From the IMG/VR virus record IMGVR_UViG_3300013121_000005, positions 64,001-128,000 of that record: a stretch of DNA of 64,000 nt, one strand, 5' to 3'. The notes under the pieces were generated by a model. It ran no database searches and was not told where the DNA came from. It saw only the letters and a list, made by a program, of their open reading frames with translations. The stretch is from a virus. Taxonomy: Duplodnaviria > Caudoviricetes. A program made the position numbers and the translations under genes. This document shows positions 1 through 9,107 of the stretch, one piece after another; the stretch's first letter is position 1, and each line of letters opens with the position of its first letter.

Positions 1-222
1 CCTCTTTCTGTCGCTCCCGCTGAGGATGTTTTCGACTTAGAGCGAAAGGCAGCCCAAGAAAAGGAGCGGCATGACATTGAGCAGTTTGTTCTTCAGCTCG
101 TTAGTGACGGGGTGTCGGACCCGGAAGCCAGCGTTGAGGACAATATACGATCTCTTGGGTTTGCTGATGAAGTTCGGGACGAAGCCCTTCGGTACTTGGA
201 ACTTGTTGACTCTGTGGGGTGA
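1..222 (+). CDS. C-terminal fragment of a gene starting before the window (possibly SbcD/Mre11-like nuclease)
   Basis: Frame 1 open from base 1 (PLSVAPAEDVFDLERK...LELVDSVG*) to TGA 220-222, which overlaps the next ATG. Function is guessed only from the nearby SMC-type ATPase half. Confidence 0.55.
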   Translation, partial: PLSVAPAEDVFDLERKAAQEKERHDIEQFVLQLVSDGVSDPEASVEDNIRSLGFADEVRDEALRYLELVDSVG

Positions 223-1199
223 TGCTCATGTACGTGTCTTACTCTGGATTCAAGACTTATGAGCAATGCCCTTACTCATACTGGCACAAGTATGTGAATA
301 AGACCCATCTTTCAACGCCAGACAACGGCGTCAACGCGCTCTTTGGGACGATCGTTGGCACGATCTTCGAGTCCTTCTACCGGGACCGAATCTGGCGCCA
401 CCCGGACTTCCTCGAACGCCTTCAGGGTCTTGTTGAGCCCCACTACAACAACGCTATCAAGTCGCAGCGTGGTCGGGTCTACGACTGGAACGACGAGAAG
501 GCCAACTACCACTCGAAGGAGGAGCTTCTGGTTGATGTCCGGGAGGCTCTTCCTCGTGGGGTGCGCATCATCAAGGAGCATCGGCTCCTAGGCGCCCAGG
601 CTGATCCAGAGGTGAAGCTCGACACGAAGTTCGGCAACCACATCATCGGCGGTCGAGCTGACTTCGTGATCCGACGGATTGAGCCCCACAAGGACCTCGT
701 GATCCTTGACGGGAAGGGGTCGAAGCATCGCGAGAAGTACGTCGATGGGCAGCCCAAGAAGGCTGGACAAGAGGTCGAGGGTACTCAGCTCAAGTGGTAT
801 GGGCTTCTCTACCGTGCCAAGTTCAGCTCGATTCCAGACAAGATCGGCTACGTCTTCTGGCGGTTCGAGGGGGATCAGGCCATCGAATGGGTTCCGTTTG
901 TCCCCTCAGACCTCGATCGTTTGCAGCATGAGGTGCTTACCACGATGGGGCGTGTGGAGACCTCAATCTCAAACTTAGAAGGAGTTTCAGGTCAGAGGAA
1001 GGTCTATGATGAGCTTCGACAAGAGCTTTTCCCGGCACAGCCTGGAGGTCATTGTCGATTCTGCGTATATGCCTCTACGTGTGAAGAGGGGAGTGCAAAG
1101 GTCAAATCTTTTGACCGTAAGAGACCCCCTAGAGCTACCCTTCCCGTGGACGGTGTAGTAGACCCTGGCATGAGCCTCGATAGTATTGAGGATGAGTGA
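222..1199 (+). CDS. PD-(D/E)XK nuclease, RecB/AddB/Cas4-like, with Fe-S 'staple' cysteines
   Basis: SYSGFKTYEQCPY at the N-terminus; GRADF..ILDGKGS..QLKWY nuclease motifs; C-terminal CRFCVYASTC. Confidence 0.85.
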   Translation: MLMYVSYSGFKTYEQCPYSYWHKYVNKTHLSTPDNGVNALFGTIVGTIFESFYRDRIWRHPDFLERLQGLVEPHYNNAIKSQRGRVYDWNDEKANYHSKEELLVDVREALPRGVRIIKEHRLLGAQADPEVKLDTKFGNHIIGGRADFVIRRIEPHKDLVILDGKGSKHREKYVDGQPKKAGQEVEGTQLKWYGLLYRAKFSSIPDKIGYVFWRFEGDQAIEWVPFVPSDLDRLQHEVLTTMGRVETSISNLEGVSGQRKVYDELRQELFPAQPGGHCRFCVYASTCEEGSAKVKSFDRKRPPRATLPVDGVVDPGMSLDSIEDE

Positions 1200-1216
1200 G
1201 AGAGGAAAAAAAGCGA

Positions 1217-1489
1217 ATGCTCTCCCCGGAAGAACTTCAGAATCGAATTGCGGATCTTCTTCGACGTAATCAGCGTGTCCTCAAGCGTAAGACAGAGCTT
1301 GGGGGTGAATTGAAGTCGAAGAAGGCCGAACTGGCGAACCTCGTAAAAGAGATTCAGGACGCTGGCTTTAATCCTAAGACCCTTGTAGCAGACCGAGATA
1401 AAGCCCAAGAAGAACTAGAGTCTTTGATGGATGCCTTTGAGAAGGGGTTGTTGGAAGCTGAGCAGTCCTTGGCTGATTACGATAAGTGA
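1217..1489 (+). CDS. small coiled-coil protein
   Basis: Heptad-rich, E/K/L-rich ORF; GAGG upstream of ATG 1217; fills the gap between its neighbours. Confidence 0.7.
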   Translation: MLSPEELQNRIADLLRRNQRVLKRKTELGGELKSKKAELANLVKEIQDAGFNPKTLVADRDKAQEELESLMDAFEKGLLEAEQSLADYDK

Positions 1490-1499
1490 GAGAGACAAG

Positions 1500-2756
1500 A
1501 TGAAATTCAAAGTAAATGTCACGGACTTGAATGCAGCCGTAGATGTAGCCAAGATTGTCACCCCCAAGCCCGTAACCTCTAAAGGAGGGGCTGGCTTCTT
1601 GTTTGTGGTTAAGGGGGATCGTTGTTTTGTCTACTCACGGGATACTCTCTGTGTATCCCGTGCTAGTTTCGGTATTTTCGAGGCAGACGGGGAAGGGTCA
1701 TTTGTGTACCCGGCTGAGTACATTGATTCCTTCAAGTACTTAGACGGGCACACCTGTACCTTTGAGGCGATGGCTTTGGAGGACGATAAGTTCTTAGTTC
1801 GGTACGAGGCGTCGAATGGGGCCAAATCTGAACGTATGTCCTTTAACCCCCAACTCCTCTCAACTTGTGACGAGGACTTGACAGCCACTACTACGAGTTA
1901 CGATTTCCCTTCTGCGATCCTTAGGGATGCGATTGGGGCAGCTCGCCCTTTCATGGTTAAAAGCGATCGGGGAGGAGAAGACCATCTCAAAACCCTTCAG
2001 ATTTTCGACACCTCTCGGCCTGAGTACTCCCGGGGAGATGGGAATCTGTATGCTTCCGACAGCACCCGTATGATTTGGTACTGGAGTGAAGCCTTCATGG
2101 GCAAGGGGATCTCCATCCATGGGCAACACCTTTCTTCGTTGGTGGGGTTCCTTGCGAAGAGCACGGATAAGGTCACTGTTCGTGTCGGAGATCACTTCAC
2201 TTTTGTCGAAAATGCTGAGGGTCATGTTCTGGGGTGGCCTAAGCATTACAAGATGCACCCCAAGTACGCTTACTACTCCACTGATAGTGACCTTTATGTC
2301 CTACTGGTTGATCGGGTCCCTCTTTTGGGGGCTCTTAACTACGTGAGGGGAGAGCTAGATAGCTCTAGGGACACAATCAAACTTCATTTCGACCATGCTC
2401 GTTCCGTCCTTCGGTTTGTTATCTCGGAGGGTAGCTCTAAGGCAGAGTACACCCTGCCTGTGAAAATCAAGCCTAGGGTTGTGGAAGAAGAGGGGAAGGA
2501 AGTAGTAACCCCTTGGGCAGAAGCTAGTGATTGGGCACATCCGGTAAGTGTCAATCACCTTATGGACTTGGTGCGGGAGGTTCGAGGGAATCAGGTTGAG
2601 ATTCGAGTTATTGCCTTCCAGAAGGGGTCAAAGAAGGTCGCTATGCTTCGCACTATCGACGACTTCCGACTTGATGGGCAGGGCAAGGTTGTGATTGAAG
2701 CAACAGAGGGGTCTTACCCATGCAGGGTAACACGATTCATGCCCTCGAAGGATTGA
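1500..2756 (+). CDS. DNA polymerase III beta sliding-clamp-like protein
   Basis: DnaN-like start MKFKVNVTDLNAAV, an ASDSTR motif resembling DnaN ATDxHR, ~420 aa, and a DnaX gene nearby. Confidence 0.65.
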   Translation: MKFKVNVTDLNAAVDVAKIVTPKPVTSKGGAGFLFVVKGDRCFVYSRDTLCVSRASFGIFEADGEGSFVYPAEYIDSFKYLDGHTCTFEAMALEDDKFLVRYEASNGAKSERMSFNPQLLSTCDEDLTATTTSYDFPSAILRDAIGAARPFMVKSDRGGEDHLKTLQIFDTSRPEYSRGDGNLYASDSTRMIWYWSEAFMGKGISIHGQHLSSLVGFLAKSTDKVTVRVGDHFTFVENAEGHVLGWPKHYKMHPKYAYYSTDSDLYVLLVDRVPLLGALNYVRGELDSSRDTIKLHFDHARSVLRFVISEGSSKAEYTLPVKIKPRVVEEEGKEVVTPWAEASDWAHPVSVNHLMDLVREVRGNQVEIRVIAFQKGSKKVAMLRTIDDFRLDGQGKVVIEATEGSYPCRVTRFMPSKD

Positions 2757-3409
2757 GCCCGGCAGCTCGTGTTCGGCGTTTACAGGATGTCTCTACTCGT
2801 CTTAGGGCGGTTCGAGATCAAGTCCAACAGGACCTAACCAGCACGAAGCAAGAGATTGAGGTTCTTGTCCATCGGCAAGAAGTCTTACAGAAGGTAATCG
2901 AGTTGTATCGGGTCCTTATGGACCGGATGTTGTTGGGTCAAGTGCGTAACATTGAGGCCATTGTGTCTGAAGGGTTGCGTACAATCTTCTTCGACCAAAA
3001 CCTTAGCTTCAAGGCGGAAGTCTCCTCGAAGTACAACAAGGTCAGTGTAGACTTCTTCATTTGCGTAGGTGACCCAGAACATGGTGGGATTAAGGGGTCT
3101 CCTTTGGACTCCTTTGGAGGCGGGCCCACTAGTATCGCTAGCCTCATCCTTCGTATCCTCACTCTGCTACGCCTTAGGCGTAAGAAGCTTCTTTTGCTTG
3201 ATGAAACTCTTGCGGCGGTCTCGGATGACTACATTGAGACTACGGCTAAATTTCTCCAGAAATTGGCTATTGTGAGTGGATTGACAGTTCTGCTGGTCAC
3301 CCATAAGGCAGCATACTTGGAGCACGCCAAGACTGCCTACCAAGGGGATTCAAAGGAATCTGACGGTCATGATGAGTTTGTGATCAAGAAACTTCGAGGG
3401 GCCTCATGA
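2720..3409 (+). CDS. C-terminal half of SMC/Rad50(SbcC)-type ABC ATPase
   Basis: N-terminal coiled coil, then signature-like SFGGG, Walker B LLLLDE and H-loop LLVTH; no Walker A. Confidence 0.8.
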   Translation: MQGNTIHALEGLSPAARVRRLQDVSTRLRAVRDQVQQDLTSTKQEIEVLVHRQEVLQKVIELYRVLMDRMLLGQVRNIEAIVSEGLRTIFFDQNLSFKAEVSSKYNKVSVDFFICVGDPEHGGIKGSPLDSFGGGPTSIASLILRILTLLRLRRKKLLLLDETLAAVSDDYIETTAKFLQKLAIVSGLTVLLVTHKAAYLEHAKTAYQGDSKESDGHDEFVIKKLRGAS

Positions 3410-3936
3410 AGACGAAGATGGACATCGAGCATCGTCTCAAGGTTCTTTTGGACGCGGAATTGGAGCAGAGACTTAAGGTGCTATCTTTGCGTTTGCCTCA
3501 GAGTTGCGTTCACAATCACCGTCAACCTCTTGACCCCAGAAAGAAGGTAGGGGGGGAGCCCAATGAGGAGTACAACCGCATTGTAGGTAAGAATGCCCTT
3601 CCTGTTGTCCAAACTATCGGGCTTTGTATGTTAGGGGCTGAGGACCCGGAGACTTGGCCTGGGTCCATTTGTGAGGACCCCTTGGATGCTAAGCGATGCT
3701 CGTTTTTTACCCATACTCAGAACAAAGCTCAGGTTATCCAGGAGTTTTCGGAGCAGCTTAGGGATTTGGAGTGGGTGAAGACGCACTATCCGGAAATCTA
3801 CACTCTTTTGTGGGTTCTGGAGGAGACCAAACTTCTTCAGATTCCTTGGTGGAAGCGTCTGTTGTTGAAGTTACGTGTGATTCGTCTGGAGCCCGTAACC
3901 CCTTCGATTGACCCCACAAAGCTTTTACCGGGGTGA
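3406..3936 (+). CDS. hypothetical Cys/His-containing protein
   Basis: ATGA overlap with the upstream gene; CVHNH..C..C..C pattern. Confidence 0.65.
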   Translation: MKTKMDIEHRLKVLLDAELEQRLKVLSLRLPQSCVHNHRQPLDPRKKVGGEPNEEYNRIVGKNALPVVQTIGLCMLGAEDPETWPGSICEDPLDAKRCSFFTHTQNKAQVIQEFSEQLRDLEWVKTHYPEIYTLLWVLEETKLLQIPWWKRLLLKLRVIRLEPVTPSIDPTKLLPG

Positions 3937-3937
3937 C

Positions 3938-4534
3938 ATGTTCTCGGTTCTTTCCCATTTGTTTGTGACGGAGCGCCATCGAGCACGGGGGGCTCGATCA
4001 GGATTTGTCTCCGTCCCAGCGATGATGGAGTTGGAAGGGCCTAAGGGTGAGGCGGATCCGGTCGTAGTTTCAACAGCCCGGGGGAAGTTTGTTCAAACAC
4101 GGAAGACCAGTGAGGGTCTCTACCGATTCGCTTTTTTCCCTTGCTCTCTCGAAGAGGAGGGTGAAGTACCCGCCCAGTTGCTTAAGTCCCTTTGGGCTAT
4201 GTCTCTGGGGTCAAATTGGAGTAATCGGCATCGAACAGTGTCTGAAGCCATCCAGGTCATGAAAGAGTCCCCTTTCAAGCCTAAAACGGTTGTATTGCCT
4301 AGAGCTTTAGCTGAAAGCTTCGCAGGGTGCACACTTCCGGAGGGGACTCAAGCTTTTGTGGTGGGTGGGCTTAACATCTTGATTGCTTCGCTCCCTGAAC
4401 AATCTGCGATAGTTGCGACCCACCCGGCTTGTCTCGGTGTCTATGCAAGAATAGGTGACCACATTGGTCTCCAACTCTATGGGGTCTCTCAGACATTGAG
4501 GCTTGTCTATGCCGGAAGCGAAGGGTTGGGTTGA
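3938..4534 (+). CDS. hypothetical protein
   Basis: Long ORF tiling the operon; no motif recognised. Confidence 0.6.
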   Translation: MFSVLSHLFVTERHRARGARSGFVSVPAMMELEGPKGEADPVVVSTARGKFVQTRKTSEGLYRFAFFPCSLEEEGEVPAQLLKSLWAMSLGSNWSNRHRTVSEAIQVMKESPFKPKTVVLPRALAESFAGCTLPEGTQAFVVGGLNILIASLPEQSAIVATHPACLGVYARIGDHIGLQLYGVSQTLRLVYAGSEGLG

Positions 4535-5210
4535 CGTTTTCGTTGACTATGCCCATAGGAGTCTCAATTCAAATGAGGGGGCTCGTGAGATTCTTTGGGC
4601 TCGTGGGGCTTCAGAAGAACAGCTTGCCTTGTTCAAGGTAGGGTATGTGGAGGAGGAGGGGGGCCTTCCTCCTGCGGAGTACCCAGCTCATTTTCTTGAG
4701 TGGTCTGGGAGAGGGCAAAAGCTCGCGGAGTGCTTTCTCTTCCCTTTGACGAATGGGCTTGGGGAAGTTAAGGGGTTTCAGTTTCGGCATCGAACCAAGA
4801 AGGAGTATATGGACTTCTTTTTGGTTCGATCTGAGCCCGTGTTCTTTGGGCTTGGACAAGCCTTGCCTGCTATTTGGGCTAAGGAGGAAGTAGTGTTGGT
4901 TGAGGGGGTATTTGACTTGTTCCCGACTCAACGAGTGCACTCAGGTACTGTGTCGACATTGACGGCTAAGGTAAGTGGTGGTTTACTCCGAACTCTGCGT
5001 CGGCTTGTGCGCAAGGTCTTCCTGTTCTACGATAAAGACCAATCGGGTCGGCTAGGAGCTGAGAAGTTTTTGGCTAGCCATGGTTCTGAGTTTGAAGTAG
5101 CTCGATCTATTCCCTATCCGTTTGGGGTATCTGTTAAGGACCCTGCTGATCTCTGGGAGGCTTGGGGCGATGAGCGCTTCAATCCATATCTCACGAAGCA
5201 ATTGGAGTAA
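4509..5210 (+). CDS. DnaG-like primase catalytic core (TOPRIM), without zinc-binding domain
   Basis: RG..FKVGY, FPL..G.VKGFQFR, LVEGVFD, YDKDQSG and KDPADL motifs. Confidence 0.85.
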   Translation: MPEAKGWVDVFVDYAHRSLNSNEGAREILWARGASEEQLALFKVGYVEEEGGLPPAEYPAHFLEWSGRGQKLAECFLFPLTNGLGEVKGFQFRHRTKKEYMDFFLVRSEPVFFGLGQALPAIWAKEEVVLVEGVFDLFPTQRVHSGTVSTLTAKVSGGLLRTLRRLVRKVFLFYDKDQSGRLGAEKFLASHGSEFEVARSIPYPFGVSVKDPADLWEAWGDERFNPYLTKQLE

Positions 5211-5213
5211 GTT

Positions 5214-5696
5214 ATGGCTCAAGTCTACGAAAATGCTGAAGCGGTTGAGACCATCGCGAATAGTCTGATCCCTACCCATCACCCTGACTTAGCTACTGCT
5301 AAATTTCGCTTTATTTTCAAGGAAAAAGCATCTAAGAAGGGGGGTCGTCCGGTATTGGGTACGGTTAAGAAGTCGAGTGACTTGCTCTACTTTCTTATCG
5401 ACGTTCACTACCTTGTTGAGGTCCCCCTTGAGATATGGAATACTCTGGAGGAGGCGAAGCGTGTTGCTCTAGTTGACCACTTACTGGAGCGATGCTTCGG
5501 GGAAGAATCTGAAGAGTTGGGTGGGCAGATGGTGTGGAAGATCCGTGAGCCCGAGGTACAGGAGTTTGCTTCCATTCTTCGTCGTCATGGGGCTTGGACC
5601 GAAGACCTCGTAAACTTCGTGTCAGTAGGGCAGTCTATTGACTTGGGCTATATGACTGGCGAAGAAGTCAATCGAGTTACGGTAGAAACGAACTAA
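5214..5696 (+). CDS. putative phage metallopeptidase-like protein (degenerate metal motif)
   Basis: HHPDLATAK..G.VKK..W..L...RVALVDHLL..PEVQEFASILRRHG resembles the phage putative metallopeptidase family, but the HExxH position reads HLLER. Confidence 0.6.
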   Translation: MAQVYENAEAVETIANSLIPTHHPDLATAKFRFIFKEKASKKGGRPVLGTVKKSSDLLYFLIDVHYLVEVPLEIWNTLEEAKRVALVDHLLERCFGEESEELGGQMVWKIREPEVQEFASILRRHGAWTEDLVNFVSVGQSIDLGYMTGEEVNRVTVETN

Positions 5697-5707
5697 GGGG
5701 GCTTGTT

Positions 5708-7222
5708 GTGTGGGATACCAAGTACAGACCTCTTAGGTTTTCGGATGTACTTGGACAGCCAGGCGCTGTCCAAATTCTCAAGTCTAGGTTGAGAAATGGT
5801 ACTGCGCTTGACACCAGCTACTTGTTCTGTGGGGGGCCGGGCCAAGGGAAAACAACCTTGGCCCGTATCCTTGCGAGAGCAGTACTTTGTCAACAGCTCA
5901 ACAAGGAAGATCCCGACCCGTGTAATGAGTGCGACAATTGCAGAGCGGTTTTGACAGATACCTCAACAGCCTTTGTTGAAAAGGATGCTGCTAGTCAAGG
6001 TACGATCGATCATATGCGTAGGATCGTTGAGGAGCTTCCCTTTGCGGTCTTTGGGGCGCCTAAGCGGGTCTATCTTTTTGACGAGTGCCATCGAATGAGC
6101 AAGGATGCTCAGGATGTTCTCCTCAAGCCTCTTGAGGAGAAGAAGATGGTTGGGATGTTTTGCACTACGGAGCCTGAAAAAGTACGTGGTGCAATTCGCT
6201 CACGTTGTGAGGAGTACGCCATCCGAAAGGTGACCCGGGAGGACATCCTTGTCCGAATGCGGGGGGTTCTTCAATCAGAGGGGGTCGAATTTGAGGATGA
6301 TGCGGTCCTCATTGTGATTGATTACTCCGGAGGTCATGTCCGTGACGTGTTGAACCGTCTGGAGATGGTGGCTCAGATGGGGCCGGTGACTGTAGAGAGC
6401 GTTAGGGACCATCTGAATCTTTCAGTCATTTCAACATACTATGAGATTCTCCTTAACCTCTTTAGTAATACTAAAGAGGCCCTTATCCTTATTGACAAGG
6501 CGTGTGAGCGAGTAACTCCAGAAGAAGTTGCTTCTGGCATCGCTGAAGCCGCAATGAATGCCTACCGTTTGGCTTCGGGGATGGTTGCAGACTTTACCTT
6601 TTCCGATAAGGCTTTGGGTGCTAAAGCTCACCAACTATATGGGGATGGGTTGGTTAAAATAGCTGAGCATTTTGTGCAGTCTAGGCGTAATTCAACCCAT
6701 ATTGGGTTGGTGTGTGATGTTGTAGCTCTTGCTGGGGGGATGCCCGTAGCACCTTCCCCCGCTTTTTCTGTACCCCTTTTTTCTCCTCCTTCCCCCGGTC
6801 CTTCTGCAAGTCCCCCTCCTAGCCCTTCTGCAAGTCCCCCTAGCCCTTCTGCAAGTCCCCCTAGCCCTTCTGCAAGTCCCCCCAGCTCAGGCCCTTCCCC
6901 TAACCCTCCCTCAGGCCCTGCATCTCCTGCTAGGGTTGTAGTTAGTCCGTCTGGGGCCAAATATGTCCCTCAGCCAATAGTGGCTACTGTGGGAAGGCCC
7001 GATGGAGTTGGTAACCTTTCTTCCGGGGACCCCTGTGCTCTTAGTGAGTTAGACGCTGAGGTGATTCAGGTTGGGTACAAACCGAATGGTTCCCACACTA
7101 AGAAGCAGCTTATCCATTACGGTCAGTTTCGGGCGAAGGATGGTCGTGACATCTTGCCCTCTTCAGTATGGAAGAGAGGTTTTGAGTCCCTTTGGTTGAC
7201 TCGGGGGCAAAGTGACTCCTGA
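5708..7222 (+). CDS. dnaX: DNA polymerase III gamma/tau-like clamp loader
   Basis: KYRP..F.DVLGQ, Walker A GPGQGKTT, Zn motif C..PCNECDNC, Walker B DECH, SRC arginine finger, Pro/Ser linker. Confidence 0.92.
   Translation: MWDTKYRPLRFSDVLGQPGAVQILKSRLRNGTALDTSYLFCGGPGQGKTTLARILARAVLCQQLNKEDPDPCNECDNCRAVLTDTSTAFVEKDAASQGTIDHMRRIVEELPFAVFGAPKRVYLFDECHRMSKDAQDVLLKPLEEKKMVGMFCTTEPEKVRGAIRSRCEEYAIRKVTREDILVRMRGVLQSEGVEFEDDAVLIVIDYSGGHVRDVLNRLEMVAQMGPVTVESVRDHLNLSVISTYYEILLNLFSNTKEALILIDKACERVTPEEVASGIAEAAMNAYRLASGMVADFTFSDKALGAKAHQLYGDGLVKIAEHFVQSRRNSTHIGLVCDVVALAGGMPVAPSPAFSVPLFSPPSPGPSASPPPSPSASPPSPSASPPSPSASPPSSGPSPNPPSGPASPARVVVSPSGAKYVPQPIVATVGRPDGVGNLSSGDPCALSELDAEVIQVGYKPNGSHTKKQLIHYGQFRAKDGRDILPSSVWKRGFESLWLTRGQSDS
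6800..6886 (+). repeat. in-frame 21-nt tandem repeat (PSASPPS) in DnaX linker
   Basis: ccttctgcaagtccccc at 6800, 6824, 6845 and 6866. Confidence 0.9.
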
Positions 7223-9077
7223 GTGGGTAGTTCTGGAGCTTAGCCCACAAGGAGAAGAAGAGGACCCCGAAGTTCTTCTGTCTGCGTTGAAGCGGCGTCT
7301 CCGAGTGGAAGTGGAAGTCTTTGTTCCAGCCTCGGTTTCGATTGTGGGGGACAGTCGCATATCCCATAAGTTGATTGACAACTATGTGTTTGTTCGGCGT
7401 ACCCTTAGGGACTCGGCTTACCTACAGCTAGAGGGCACGAAGTATGTTTCTTCTGTCCTGACTGCTAGAAAAGGGCGTGTCCGTCACATTGTATGTGTGA
7501 CGGACAAGGACATCGACCAGATGCGTCGCCAGATATCGGTCGAGACAGAGCAAGGTATCAATGTTGGGGACGAAGTTCAGGTAATGAGTGGCCCTTACAA
7601 GGGCATCAATGGCAGAGTCATCGAGGAAATTCCCGAGACGGATTCTGTTCAAGTATACATTCAACTCAGGTCGAAACAGGCAATTGTTACCCTCCCTCGA
7701 TCCTTTCTTTGGTTCGTCTCTAAGGAAAACAGTGCGGAGGTGCCTGTTTTCTCTCCGTTCCTCAATAAGATCATTCGGGTTCGGGAATGGGTCAAGGGGA
7801 TCAGGCCAGTAGTTCTGTGGACCTCTAAGAATTGGATTCCGATTGCGGCACAGCTTTCAAAGCATGCCCGGATTTCGGAGTGGGTTGAGCGTGGGGCCCG
7901 CCTTTTTAGGGAGCTGCAAGCTCCTTCTGTCGACTCCCTCCAGCGGAAGTACCTAAAGGTTCAGAGGCAGACAGAGCTTATTAGTAAGCTCCCTGCTTTT
8001 TTCGAGCTTTTGTCGCTAGGTCAGGGGTTAGAGAAGACTCAGTTAGTTACGGGGGCGCTTAGTGCAAAGCTAAAAGAAGTCCAACGATTTCATGACGTTA
8101 TGTCTCGTTTCGAGGCTATACAGGAGGCCGTTGGGGGTATAGAGGCAGCTCTTGTGGAATGGAGACTCGATATGGTGGAAAATCTCTTGTTCGATGGTCA
8201 TAATCTTGCCTATCGGGTTATGTATGCGTTGGGGGCAATGCGTGTACCTCTAACCGACCCTGAAGGTCAGCCTACGGGTATGATCTATGGCTTTTTGAAG
8301 AGTTTGGCAGGGTTCAAGAAGCGGTTCCCTAATGCTAAACTGCATGTAATTTGGGATGGGTCCCCTCAACGTAGGGTGCTCCTATACCAAGGCTACAAGG
8401 CTAATCGACGTAAGGCAGATGGTTCTTCGTCCTCTAACCCTCAAGCAGATACTCAGATGGCGAGGCTGCGGGGCATTCTTGGCTCTCTGGGGGTTTACCA
8501 GGCGTGCAACCAAGATGAAGAGACTGATGATGTCATTGCTTGTTTGGTCCGAGGTAAGCTCAAGGGGCAACGCAACATCATCGTTTCGACCGATCGTGAC
8601 TTCTTGCAGCTAGTCACCTACACAGACCTACTTCTAACCCCAAAAGTTGGAAATCGTCCGGAGACCCTTTACGACCGGGATAAGGTTGTGGAAGAATATG
8701 GGGTCACTCCTGACCGTATGGTTCATCTCCGTGCCCTACTCGGCGATTCGTCCGACAATATCCCAGGGGTTCCTAGGGTCCCCACAAAGGTTCTTACAGC
8801 TCTTGTGAACACACACGGAACCGTGGATGCTCTATGTGCCTCAAGTTTGGCGGGAGTTACTCCTGCTCAATATGAGAAGATTCGGGCAGCGGAAGAGCAG
8901 ATTCGTCTGAACGTTGAACTCATGACTCTTCGTACCGATCTCTCGTTCGAGGAGAGTCCAGTAGAACCAAATGCCCCTCGTGTGTCGGAGTTTTTAGGGG
9001 GTTTGAACATTCAAGCCGAGCCAATCATCGGGCCGTTTTTTCAAGAGGGTTCCCAAGGTTTCCTGAAAAGTTCCTAG
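7212..9077 (+). CDS. NusG-family (NGN+KOW) domain fused to 5'-3' exonuclease/flap endonuclease
   Basis: N-part: EWVVL..EVFVP..LIDNYVFV, and KOW motif VGDEVQVMSGPYKGING. C-part from aa ~321: LLFDGHNLAYR, WDG..R...Y.GYKANR, ETDDVIA, STDRDFLQ, LLGDSSDNIPGV. Confidence 0.85.
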   Translation: MTPEWVVLELSPQGEEEDPEVLLSALKRRLRVEVEVFVPASVSIVGDSRISHKLIDNYVFVRRTLRDSAYLQLEGTKYVSSVLTARKGRVRHIVCVTDKDIDQMRRQISVETEQGINVGDEVQVMSGPYKGINGRVIEEIPETDSVQVYIQLRSKQAIVTLPRSFLWFVSKENSAEVPVFSPFLNKIIRVREWVKGIRPVVLWTSKNWIPIAAQLSKHARISEWVERGARLFRELQAPSVDSLQRKYLKVQRQTELISKLPAFFELLSLGQGLEKTQLVTGALSAKLKEVQRFHDVMSRFEAIQEAVGGIEAALVEWRLDMVENLLFDGHNLAYRVMYALGAMRVPLTDPEGQPTGMIYGFLKSLAGFKKRFPNAKLHVIWDGSPQRRVLLYQGYKANRRKADGSSSSNPQADTQMARLRGILGSLGVYQACNQDEETDDVIACLVRGKLKGQRNIIVSTDRDFLQLVTYTDLLLTPKVGNRPETLYDRDKVVEEYGVTPDRMVHLRALLGDSSDNIPGVPRVPTKVLTALVNTHGTVDALCASSLAGVTPAQYEKIRAAEEQIRLNVELMTLRTDLSFEESPVEPNAPRVSEFLGGLNIQAEPIIGPFFQEGSQGFLKSS

Positions 9078-9107
9078 TTAACCAAATGGACGTGGGAGGA
9101 GAACGCG

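Noticed and set aside
71-262. 63-aa ORF in the track
   Set aside because: It overlaps the better frame-1 gene end (1-222), which couples directly to the next ATG.
222-1199. Cas4 / CRISPR system
   Set aside because: The Fe-S PD-(D/E)XK motifs fit stand-alone phage nucleases; no cas1/cas2 or repeat-spacer array is in the window.
5708-7222. gamma/tau -1 programmed frameshift in dnaX
   Set aside because: No A-AAA-AAG slippery site or long A-run was seen after the clamp-loader domains.
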